NCBI GenBank assembly: GCA_051278195.1
Contig: JBNMQM010000022.1
Coordinates: 864-64,863, forward strand
Length of the DNA: 64,000 nucleotides
DNA from: Candidatus Azotimanducaceae bacterium
Lineage (GTDB): Bacteria > Pseudomonadota > Gammaproteobacteria > Pseudomonadales > Azotimanducaceae
Direction of reading: 5' to 3'
In this document: one piece after another, positions 40,204 to 48,600 of the stretch
Layout of the letters: each line of letters opens with the position of its first letter
Position numbering within the stretch: position 1 is the stretch's first letter
Position numbers and translations under genes: made by a program
The notes under the pieces: generated by a model
Databases searched by the model: none
Told to the model about the DNA's origin: nothing
Seen by the model: the letters and a program-made list of their open reading frames with translations, nothing else

Positions 40204-41028
40204 ATGCTAAATACTCACAAACTGACGCCTTCAATCGGTGCTGAGATATCAGGGCTCGATCTAACCAAACCGTTAAGTCAGGGCGAGATCGCTGCGCTTA
40301 ACGACAGTTTGGTCGAACACAAAGTTATCTTTTTTCGCGATCAGCCCATTACGACCTCTCAACATCTCACTTTTGCGCGTCAGTTTGGCGAACTTGAAGT
40401 ACATCCCGTTACCCCTAAAGAGGGCTTTCCTGAGGTGTTAGTTTTGCACAACGATGCCGACCGGCCACCGTTGGGTACTGCGCATTGGCATTCTGATGTG
40501 ACATGGAGAGCGGAACCCTCTCTCGGCTCTATTCTGATCGCTCGCACAGTCCCGGACCTTGGCGGAGATACGATGTTTGCCAATATGGAAGCTGCATACG
40601 AAGGGTTAGATAGCGAAACTAAGGCGCTTATTGAGGGTGAAAATGCGATTCATGCTTTCGAACCACTAAGGCGGAGCTTAATACAGCAGGGTGCCAGTTC
40701 TGAGCGTCTCGCTCGGCATGATGCTGATTTCCCACCCGTTAGCCATCCTATTGTTCGCACGCACCCCGCGACAGGGCGCAAGTCATTGTATGTCAACATA
40801 CTCTTCACGCTTGGAATAGACGGTTTTACCAATGAAGCCTCCCGTCCTTTGCTGAAGAAGTTGTTTGCGACAGCAAACAAACCTGAATACCAGTGTAGAT
40901 TTAGGTGGAGAAAAAACTCGATGGCATTCTGGGATAATAGAGCCGCCCAGCACTATGCCGTTGCGGATTACTATCCGAACGAGCGCATTATGGAACGTGT
41001 GACCGTCAAAGGTGATCGACCTTTCTGA
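40204..41028 (+). CDS. TauD/TfdA-family Fe(II)/2-oxoglutarate dioxygenase
   Basis: IGAEISGLDLTKPL, HKVIFFRDQ, the WHSDVTW (H-x-D) iron site and a C-terminal FWDNRAAQHYA. Start moved to M122 of the tracked ORF. Confidence 0.9.
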   Translation: MLNTHKLTPSIGAEISGLDLTKPLSQGEIAALNDSLVEHKVIFFRDQPITTSQHLTFARQFGELEVHPVTPKEGFPEVLVLHNDADRPPLGTAHWHSDVTWRAEPSLGSILIARTVPDLGGDTMFANMEAAYEGLDSETKALIEGENAIHAFEPLRRSLIQQGASSERLARHDADFPPVSHPIVRTHPATGRKSLYVNILFTLGIDGFTNEASRPLLKKLFATANKPEYQCRFRWRKNSMAFWDNRAAQHYAVADYYPNERIMERVTVKGDRPF

Positions 41029-41366
41029 ATCCTCACACGGTAACGAGTCAGGTGTCGGCTTTCATTTGAAACCATTGAACAGAACCTTCGCTTTGACTCA
41101 TTCCGGTGCGTTCACTTTTTTCTGTTCGTGACTGCCCCGACCAGTCGACTGGGAATAGAAGATGCATTGGAAGAGCACAATTAGGGCGTGTGACAAAGGA
41201 AAATCGGACGAATGTGGAGGTTTGTCCGACAAAAGTTCATTTTTTCTTCAATTTCTTTCAAATATTTGTTAGAAAGAGGTTTGGCGACCTTCATGCCCAC
41301 ATCTGGTGCACTCTCCCTGCGTTTTGCACCGTCATCGTTCTCCGGAACGTGTCACAATTTCAATGA

Positions 41367-44072
41367 ATGGAAAGGAATATGAGAAACAATCCTCGCAAGC
41401 GAAATGTCACCTGCTCAATTGCTGCAATCGCAACCGCGTTTGCAGGTATGGCCGCTACGCTGCCTGCAATTGCTGAAGAAAACGATGCGGATCTCCTCGA
41501 AGAGGTCGTGGTTATCGGTTCTCGACGTGCCGGCCGCTCATCGGGCGACTCTCCCGCACCAGTAGACGTCATCGCCGGTGAAGAATTTACCCGTAATGCG
41601 GGAACAGACGTACAGGATCTGTTGCGCGCAGCAGTACCGTCTTATAACGTCAATGCGCAGCCTATCAGCGACGCCGCAACCATCTCTCGGCCCGCTAACT
41701 TGCGTGGCCTTTCGCCAGACAATACGTTGGTTCTGGTCAATGGCAAACGCCGTCACCGTGGCTCCGTCATAAGTTTCTTGGGCGGCGGTATTTCTGATGG
41801 TGCCCAGGGCGTTGATGTTGCAACGTTTCCATCACTTGCACTGAAACGCGTTGAAGTTCTCAGAGACGGCGCATCTTCTCAATATGGTTCGGACGCAATT
41901 GCAGGGGTTATTAACTTTGTCTTGCGTGACGCTGCTGAAGGTGGCTTTCTCGAAGTATCAAGTGGCTCAACCTTCGAAGGTGACGGCGACAACTACCGCA
42001 TCGCAGGTAACATTGGATTGCCTCTTGGTGATGATGGTTTCGTCAACATCACTGCTGAATACGGCGAAGTCGACGGCACAGTTCGAAGTAGTGTTCGCAG
42101 TGACTCACTGGCGCTAATTGCTGCAGGTAACACCGCTGCAGGGGACTTTAAAACCATTAACACTTTCACTGGCGACGTCCCACAGTACTGGGGTCAGCCA
42201 GACGTCGAAGATGACATCAAGGTCTTCATTAATGCGGGTTATGAAATCAATGAGCACGTCGAAATTTACGCCTTTGGTAACATTGCAGAGCGCGAAGTAA
42301 CCGGCGGTTTCTTTTATCGCAACCCAACAAACCGTGGCGGTGTCTATGAAGGTCCTGTAGTCGACGCAATTACTGGCGCACTGGATCCAACCGGCGTAGC
42401 TTCGGTTTTAGTCGGCGACCTTGACGGTCTTGGTGTTGGCGGAGCTTGCCCTGCAGGTATCCCACTTACTGGCAATGCAGGTCTGATCCCTGACGCGACG
42501 GTTCTGGCCCAAGTGACGGCTGATGCAAACTGCTTTTCATTCGTTGAGACCATTCCAGGCGGGTTCGTTCCACGCTTTGGTGGTGTAAACGAAGATCAAA
42601 GTATTGCTATCGGTGTTCGTGGTTTGCTAGACATGGGACTGAGTTACGATTTGAGCGCCTACACCGGTTCAAACGAGACTAGGTTCTCTATTATGAACAC
42701 AGTTAATGCATCTTTGGGTCCCAATACGCCTCGGAACTTTACCCCGGGTGGCCAAGAGCAAACTGAAACGGTTTTGAATGCAGACTTCTCTTATCCAATT
42801 GAAGTTGGTTTTGCTTCCGACTTAAACATTGCCTTCGGTTTTGAAAATCGCAAAGAAGAGTTTGACCTGTTCGCAGGGGATGCGGCGTCTTTCGCTCTAG
42901 GACCATTGGCAAACCAGGGCTTCTCATCAAGCTCTAACGGCTTTGGTGGGTTTCCAAACAGCACTTCTAGCGAACAGAAAAGCTGGGCGAGCTATGTTGA
43001 ACTCGAAGCAGACGTTACTGAAGAGCTAACGCTTCAAGGTGCATTGCGCTACGAAGATTATGATGACTTTGGTGACACAACTGACTTTAAGATAGCTGGT
43101 ATTTATCGTGTAAACGAAAGCTTCAAAATCCGTGGTGCTATTTCAACGGGATTCCACGCCCCAACGGCTGGCCAGGCAAACATCACCAATGTAACAACTC
43201 AAAATGTGAACGGCGTATTGGTTGACCAGGGTACATTACCCCTGAGTTCTGCAGCTGGTCAGTTAGCTTCTGCCTTTATTGCAAACCAAGGTAACGGTAG
43301 CCCAACTCTTGGGCCAGAAGATGCTGAAAACATCTCATTCGGTGTTGCTTTCGACTTAGGTGAATCTGAGTGGACAGTTGACGTCTACAACATCGAAGTG
43401 GAAGATCGCGTCGCTCTTGGCGCCGACATCGACTTCTTAGATGCTCTGAATTTCGCAGGTAGTGGTACAACCTTCACCAGTGTTTCAGCTGCTCTAACAG
43501 GCCTCGATGCTTCTGGTGTGCTCGATCGTCAGCAGTTCATTGGTCTAGACGACTTAGCTCAGTTCCGTTTCTTCGCCAATAGCTTCGATACCCGAACCAG
43601 AGGTATAGACGTGGTTGGTCGAATGGGCTTTGACGCATGGGAAGGTTACTCTAACCTTACTCTAGCAATGAACTACAACACGACTAAGGTGACTAGCCGC
43701 GGTATTGTGAATCCAATTAGCGCAGGTCGTGAACAGTCTCTTGAAGACCTACTACCCAGAGTCAAGGGCAACCTGGCTTGGACGCATTCGCAAGGCCCAC
43801 TACGTGGTTTGGTACGTTTAAGCTACTACGGCGAATGGGACGACACAGGCAATGGTGTTGATGACATCGGCGCTGAAGTACTCGTTGACGTCGAAGCAGC
43901 CTACACAATGGACAATGGTTTGGAATTCGTTGCTGGTGTAAGCAACTTGTTTGACACCTTCAATGACAGAAATCCATCTGAACTCTCCTCGGGTCAGAAG
44001 TATTCAGAAGCCGGTCCTTTCGGTACTAACGGTGGCCAGTGGTACCTAAAAGCTAAGTACTCTTTCGAATAA
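41367..44072 (+). CDS. TonB-dependent receptor
   Basis: Signal peptide, plug domain (LEEVVVIGSR, RGLSPDNTLVLVNGKR, VEVLRDGASSQYGSDAIAGVINF) and a long beta-barrel ending YLKAKYSFE. An alternative start is ATG 41379. Confidence 0.9.
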   Translation: MERNMRNNPRKRNVTCSIAAIATAFAGMAATLPAIAEENDADLLEEVVVIGSRRAGRSSGDSPAPVDVIAGEEFTRNAGTDVQDLLRAAVPSYNVNAQPISDAATISRPANLRGLSPDNTLVLVNGKRRHRGSVISFLGGGISDGAQGVDVATFPSLALKRVEVLRDGASSQYGSDAIAGVINFVLRDAAEGGFLEVSSGSTFEGDGDNYRIAGNIGLPLGDDGFVNITAEYGEVDGTVRSSVRSDSLALIAAGNTAAGDFKTINTFTGDVPQYWGQPDVEDDIKVFINAGYEINEHVEIYAFGNIAEREVTGGFFYRNPTNRGGVYEGPVVDAITGALDPTGVASVLVGDLDGLGVGGACPAGIPLTGNAGLIPDATVLAQVTADANCFSFVETIPGGFVPRFGGVNEDQSIAIGVRGLLDMGLSYDLSAYTGSNETRFSIMNTVNASLGPNTPRNFTPGGQEQTETVLNADFSYPIEVGFASDLNIAFGFENRKEEFDLFAGDAASFALGPLANQGFSSSSNGFGGFPNSTSSEQKSWASYVELEADVTEELTLQGALRYEDYDDFGDTTDFKIAGIYRVNESFKIRGAISTGFHAPTAGQANITNVTTQNVNGVLVDQGTLPLSSAAGQLASAFIANQGNGSPTLGPEDAENISFGVAFDLGESEWTVDVYNIEVEDRVALGADIDFLDALNFAGSGTTFTSVSAALTGLDASGVLDRQQFIGLDDLAQFRFFANSFDTRTRGIDVVGRMGFDAWEGYSNLTLAMNYNTTKVTSRGIVNPISAGREQSLEDLLPRVKGNLAWTHSQGPLRGLVRLSYYGEWDDTGNGVDDIGAEVLVDVEAAYTMDNGLEFVAGVSNLFDTFNDRNPSELSSGQKYSEAGPFGTNGGQWYLKAKYSFE

Positions 44073-44124
44073 CTTAGTTATAAAATCTTTGCCGGACCAG
44101 AACTAACGGTTCGATAAAGGAGAA

Positions 44125-44152
44125 AAGCCTCGCAAATGCGGGGCTTTTTTTT
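44125..44152 (+). terminator. Rho-independent terminator after the TonB-dependent receptor
   Basis: AAGCCTCGC-aaat-GCGGGGCTT followed by T8. Confidence 0.75.
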
Positions 44153-44181
44153 GCCTTACGGTTTCATTTTTAGTGGCGTTT

Positions 44182-45921
44182 TTAGGGCGCAGGGTAGGTG
44201 ATGTTGCCGCCGACGATGGTCATCATATTCTCAGCAGTCAAAATCTCCTGCTCCGGTACTGTCATCAGGTCCTTGTTGAACACGGTGAAGTCGGCGTATT
44301 TACCAACTTCAATCGAACCACGTAGGTTTTCCTGAAAAGCGCCATGGGCAGGCCAGAGCGTTAACATCTTCAGTGCAACCTCGCGCGATACGGCCTCTTT
44401 TGTGTGCCAACCAGCACCGGAGGTACCGTCCAGGCGTTTGCGGGCGACAGCAGCATAGAACTCGATCCGTGGGTCACCGGCTTCCACTGGTGCATCGGAC
44501 CCGGCCAGGATCATCAGACCGCGATCTATCAACTGCTGCCAGGGATACGCGTAGGCGAGACGGTCATAACCCAAGCGGTCTGGCGCGAAGTTAAGATCGC
44601 CAATCGCGTGGCTCGGTTGCATGGAAGGTATCACCCCCAATTCTACGAAGCGTTGCTGATCTGACGGCGGGATAATCTGTGCATGTTCCATACGCCAGCG
44701 CAGGTCTTCGCTGGCCCATTCTTCACGGGGTACATGACCATAGGCTTCGTCATACCAGTCCAGCAGCGATCGCACAGCACGGTCGCCGATCACATGAGTC
44801 TCGATTTGGATGCCCTGGCGCAGCGAGGCGTACAGGACCGGCATCAGTTCTTCCTTGGTGGTGCGATTCATGAAGCCGTTGTGGCTCGCGTCGCTGTAGT
44901 TGCTGATCAGTGCCGCGCCTCGAGAACCTAGTGTGCCGTCAATGAATACTTTGATGCCACGCACCTCGAACAGATCGTCTTCGGTCTTCTCTCGACCACG
45001 CTGCAGCATAGTGCTGGCTTCCTTCACCGGTACTGCTGCGTAAACGCGGTGAGCCATATCACCTTCGGCATGCACTTCTTTCATCAGGTCTACAAGGCGG
45101 TAGGACATACCTGCGTCCTGGGTCTGGGTCCAGCCCATAGCAGCGTTGGCCCGCAGGCCACGCAGCAGATTGTCCTTCAGGTAGGCATCGGTCTCCGGCG
45201 GCAGAAGCGCACGGAACACGTTCATGGCATTGGCCAGCACATAGCCAGTAGGTGTGCCGTCCAAGCCGCGTTCGAAGCGACCGCCTTCTGGGTCGGGCGT
45301 GTCTCGGGTCACGCCCGCCAAAGCCAGCGCCCGGGAGTTCACCAGGGCAGAGACACCATCTGCACGGGGCATGAACAGGGGCTTGTCCTGAGTGAACGGG
45401 TCGACATCATGCTTGTTGAGAAAGCGTTGCTCGTCGGTCCATTCCCGCTCGATCCAACCGCGGCCTTGCACCCACTCGCCGGTCGGGACATGGGCAGCCC
45501 AATTCTGGATTGCATCCAATGTTCCACCAAGCGTGGCGATGCCGAATAGGCTCAGGGTCTTGGTGCGACGGCCCACACCTTCAAGATGTTGATGGCTGTC
45601 TGTGAAACCAGCGAAAACAGTTTTGCCATTCATGTCGATGGCATTAACAGAACCACAGCGATAGTACTTAGCCTCGGCGTTGGAGCCGACGAAGACAATT
45701 CGCCCGTTAAGGCTTGCGACCGCTTCGGCAGTCCACTGTGCCTCGTTGGCGGTATAGACGGTGGTGTTGTAAAGCAGGAGGTCCGCGGCGCGGCAATTCT
45801 CACTGGCCACATCCCCGGACGCGACTGCGGTGCTTGGCGTGTCGTCGGTACAAGCGACTAGGCCGAGCATGAGCGGCAGGGAAAGTGTCAGAGCAATGGC
45901 AATACGCATCAGGTTTTCCAA
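44182..45921 (-). CDS. amidohydrolase-family (Amidohydro_3/YtcJ-like) metallo-hydrolase, lipoprotein
   Basis: Lipobox LGLVAC and the FTDSHQHL metal-binding H-x-H motif. C-terminal GSDAPVE. Markedly higher GC than its neighbours (37/60 at 44401-44460). Confidence 0.85.
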   Translation of the reverse strand: MENLMRIAIALTLSLPLMLGLVACTDDTPSTAVASGDVASENCRAADLLLYNTTVYTANEAQWTAEAVASLNGRIVFVGSNAEAKYYRCGSVNAIDMNGKTVFAGFTDSHQHLEGVGRRTKTLSLFGIATLGGTLDAIQNWAAHVPTGEWVQGRGWIEREWTDEQRFLNKHDVDPFTQDKPLFMPRADGVSALVNSRALALAGVTRDTPDPEGGRFERGLDGTPTGYVLANAMNVFRALLPPETDAYLKDNLLRGLRANAAMGWTQTQDAGMSYRLVDLMKEVHAEGDMAHRVYAAVPVKEASTMLQRGREKTEDDLFEVRGIKVFIDGTLGSRGAALISNYSDASHNGFMNRTTKEELMPVLYASLRQGIQIETHVIGDRAVRSLLDWYDEAYGHVPREEWASEDLRWRMEHAQIIPPSDQQRFVELGVIPSMQPSHAIGDLNFAPDRLGYDRLAYAYPWQQLIDRGLMILAGSDAPVEAGDPRIEFYAAVARKRLDGTSGAGWHTKEAVSREVALKMLTLWPAHGAFQENLRGSIEVGKYADFTVFNKDLMTVPEQEILTAENMMTIVGGNITYPAP

Positions 45922-45928
45922 TTTATTT

Positions 45929-45961
45929 GTAGTTAAAAAGTAGTTAAAAAGTAGTTAAAAA
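45929..45961. repeat. 11-bp tandem repeat (GTAGTTAAAAA x3, plus a degenerate 4th copy)
   Basis: Read directly from the sequence. It begins 8 bp upstream of the amidohydrolase start codon (minus strand). Confidence 0.9.
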
Positions 45962-45987
45962 GTTGGTTAAGAAATGGCAAAAACCCC

Positions 45988-46004
45988 CCGGCCTTCCTGG
46001 CCGG
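45988..46004 (-). terminator. hairpin CCGGCC-n5-GGCCGG followed (on the minus strand) by GGGGTTTTT
   Basis: Read directly from the sequence. It would terminate a minus-strand transcript coming from 46.0-46.5 kb. Confidence 0.4.
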
Positions 46005-46502
46005 CTTCAAGTATAGAGATACTCTTTCTTCACGCAAACGGCGGGATTCTTATCAATGGCTGATCAATGGCTCACCAATGACTGATTAAGTGGCCGAATG
46101 GCGTGGGTATTACTAGTCTGCCGCGCCACTAGCAGCCGATTGTGGCACGTAAGTTTACGGCATTGGTGGTGGGTTGGCGGGGCTGTCAACTGGGTTAGGG
46201 CTTGCCGCTGGTATTCAAACCGGTTGACGAATCTGGTGGAGCAGATCAGATTAGGAATTTGAAGGGTGTGTTTGAATTCGATTTAGAACTTGTCGTCGGC
46301 GAATCCGTAGCCGATCATGTCAATATCAGTAATGAGGTCGTGCATGTTTTGCTCGCTGCAAAGACCCGCGCTGCCGTATTGGAAAAACTTGAGTTTATCG
46401 AGTCTGTCTCGGAGATAACCCACGCAGTAGATGAAAATCCGAGCTAGTCCACGCTGACCCTGTACTTTAAGCAGATCCCATTTTTTCAAGAGACCGTTAC
46501 CA

Positions 46503-47363
46503 ATGTCCAACACCTTGTTAGCCCAACACGTAAACAAACTCACCGTATTATGCCTATTCGTGATCGCTGGTCTGTTGATGTTAACCACCTATGTTTGGGC
46601 GCAGGCTAAAGCGGCTGATGAACGATTGGTTGAGCGGCAATTTAGTCTTTCACTGGTGAATCTCAGTCAAAAAATCGACGCCCGTATCGAGAGCATGAAG
46701 CTAATTGCCAAAACGATTGCCAGCGATAAGCATATTCACGATTGGGTAGAGAATGGATTTGCGGCTGATCAAGAATCACTTTTGGTCGACAAGCTCGGGT
46801 ATTTGGTCAATGAATACGGGCTGACGAGCGCTTCGTTTGCGGACAAAAACACGCACAAATACTGGAATCACGAAGGCTTCTTAAGAGTCTTACAGCCTGA
46901 AACCGACACCTGGTATTTTGCTTATTTGGCCAGTGGCGAAGCAGACCTGATAAGTGTGTATCACGATAAGAACAAAAATCGTGTTGATGTTTATGTTAAC
47001 CATCAACAAACCGCTGGCAATGGACTGTCGGGCATCGCGACTTCGTTTGATGGCGTGCTCGATATGCTCAACACATCGATATTCGCCAAACATGGCGACA
47101 TTTATTTAGTGGATAGTTTGGGCGAAGTTCAAATTCAGGCGGAATCTGATAACTCAGGTAGCACAACAGGTAGCACAACAGGCAGCACAACAGAAAGTAT
47201 AAACCTGCAAGACCTGTTTTCTGAGCAAGTTGTTGGTGGCTTATTGCAGCCAAGTTCAACGGATTCTGTTGAGTTCAAACTAGTTGGAAACAGTTTGGTT
47301 GGTGCCAGGTACATTCCCAATATGAATTGGTATGTTGTGGTTAATCTTGCCAATGAAGGTTAG
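46503..47363 (+). CDS. membrane-anchored Cache-like sensor domain protein without output domain
   Basis: One N-terminal TM helix followed by a periplasmic-sensor-like sequence ending ...GARYIPNMNWYVVVNLANEG*. This pattern is typical of the Cache input domains of chemoreceptors and cyclases. No second TM, HAMP or output domain follows. Confidence 0.6.
   Translation: MSNTLLAQHVNKLTVLCLFVIAGLLMLTTYVWAQAKAADERLVERQFSLSLVNLSQKIDARIESMKLIAKTIASDKHIHDWVENGFAADQESLLVDKLGYLVNEYGLTSASFADKNTHKYWNHEGFLRVLQPETDTWYFAYLASGEADLISVYHDKNKNRVDVYVNHQQTAGNGLSGIATSFDGVLDMLNTSIFAKHGDIYLVDSLGEVQIQAESDNSGSTTGSTTGSTTESINLQDLFSEQVVGGLLQPSSTDSVEFKLVGNSLVGARYIPNMNWYVVVNLANEG
47167..47202 (+). repeat. in-frame 12-bp tandem repeat (GGYAGCACAACA x3) encoding GSTT x3
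   Basis: Read directly from the sequence, inside the Cache-like ORF. Confidence 0.9.
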
Positions 47364-47482
47364 GGGATAGAGTAGCGGGGTAGGGTAGCTTTACTCCACA
47401 ATTAGAGATTTATTGATCTCCATCAACTCCATTAATATCGGCGGGTGCTACGATATTGACACTTGAAATGGAGCTAAGGATC

Positions 47483-48073
47483 ATGAAAAACATATTTGTG
47501 ACTTTGGTCTTGGCTGTAGGATTAATGGCATGTCAGGGTTACAACCCGATGGACGAGTACGATCTTAAACAGCCGACAACTGACCATAGCTTGTCCACAA
47601 TCAGCAGCGCATACCCGATAGCCGATGTGAAGCGCGGCAAATATCTGGCAGAACTACTGGCCTGTGGTACCTGCCATACAGACGGTGCTCTCATCGGCGA
47701 GCCGAATCCGGCTTATCAACTTGCTGGTTCGCGGGTTGGCATAGCGTACTCCAACCCGTTTATAGAAAAGCACCCGGGTATTCTTTATCCATCCAACATC
47801 ACGCCTGATGTCGAAACTGGCATCGGTGCCTGGCGCGATGACGATATCATCCGTTTTTTGCGAACGGGTATGGATGTTCAAGGCAAGCGGCATATTCCTG
47901 TGATGCCATGGCCAGCTTATAAGCGGCTGACGGATCAAGACGCCCTTGCAATGGTCGCGTTCCTTAGGAGCTTAAAGCCCGTTACTCACCAGACGCCCGA
48001 TGCAGTTTCGCCTGGCAATAAAGCCGCTGAGCCATTCGTGCATTTTGGTGTTTACCAGAGCAAAAAACTGTGA
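47483..48073 (+). CDS. monoheme c-type cytochrome, lipoprotein
   Basis: Lipobox LMACQG and a single CGTCH heme-binding motif. An RBS-like GGAGCTAAGGA lies before the ATG at 47483. Confidence 0.8.
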   Translation: MKNIFVTLVLAVGLMACQGYNPMDEYDLKQPTTDHSLSTISSAYPIADVKRGKYLAELLACGTCHTDGALIGEPNPAYQLAGSRVGIAYSNPFIEKHPGILYPSNITPDVETGIGAWRDDDIIRFLRTGMDVQGKRHIPVMPWPAYKRLTDQDALAMVAFLRSLKPVTHQTPDAVSPGNKAAEPFVHFGVYQSKKL

Positions 48074-48146
48074 GGGCTGTGTCGCATGTGAGGAGGCTGT
48101 AAAAGCATCTTTTCAGTTCTTATTCTGACACCAAATTGTCGGCCGT

Positions 48147-48530
48147 TTATCCGCGGAGGAATAACGTCTCCAGCGGTTCGTCGCCAACCTGACGGCTCTG
48201 ATGGCCGTGAATGGTCGGGTCGAAAGTTTCACCTTCAGGTAGCAGATCGCTGGAATAGAAATGTTGGCCAGGCGTGAAAGTTTTTGAAGAACCGTCCTGC
48301 AAGCTGATTTCCATCACGCCGGATAGAATAAAGACGTACTGCGGATCTCGGGTGCAATGAAACTCTTTGCTGAACCCGGTGGGGCTGTGGCGTAGTTGAT
48401 AGCCACCGGATGGTTGTAACTCAGAGAGCATCGAGCGGGGGCTACCTGTCGACAAAGCGACTTCCTCTTCACGGAATTGGGCGAAGCCTTTGTCGTCTGT
48501 ATAAAGAATGACTTTGGTAAATGTCTGCAT
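48147..48530 (-). CDS. small cupin-like protein
   Basis: 127 aa starting at MQTFTKVILY. A beta-rich core (YVFILSGVMEISLQDGSSKTFTPGQHF) fits a cupin. The longer tracked ORF (to 48959) overlaps trpS. Confidence 0.6.
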   Translation of the reverse strand: MQTFTKVILYTDDKGFAQFREEEVALSTGSPRSMLSELQPSGGYQLRHSPTGFSKEFHCTRDPQYVFILSGVMEISLQDGSSKTFTPGQHFYSSDLLPEGETFDPTIHGHQSRQVGDEPLETLFLRG

Positions 48531-48600
48531 GGTGAAGCACCGTTTCAAATTTTTTTTTGGTCGTCGATGAAGTTGGGCTAGTCGACTGTGTTTGCAAAAT

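Noticed and set aside
41029-41366. Possible riboswitch (cobalamin or TPP type) in the 338-bp leader of the TonB-dependent receptor
   Set aside because: I could not find a B12-box-like GCCACTG motif or a TPP CUGAGA motif. Only a weak CGGAC-n14-GTCCG hairpin is present.
44373-45861. Cluster of + strand ORFs inside 44182-45921
   Set aside because: They are antisense or out-of-frame artefacts of the high-GC amidohydrolase gene.
46202-46588. ORFs 46202-46447 (+) and 46283-46588 (-) as protein-coding genes
   Set aside because: They are mutually antisense. The minus ORF needs a start inside the Cache-like gene, and neither shows a motif I recognise. The region is kept only as an observation (possible relic or small transcript).
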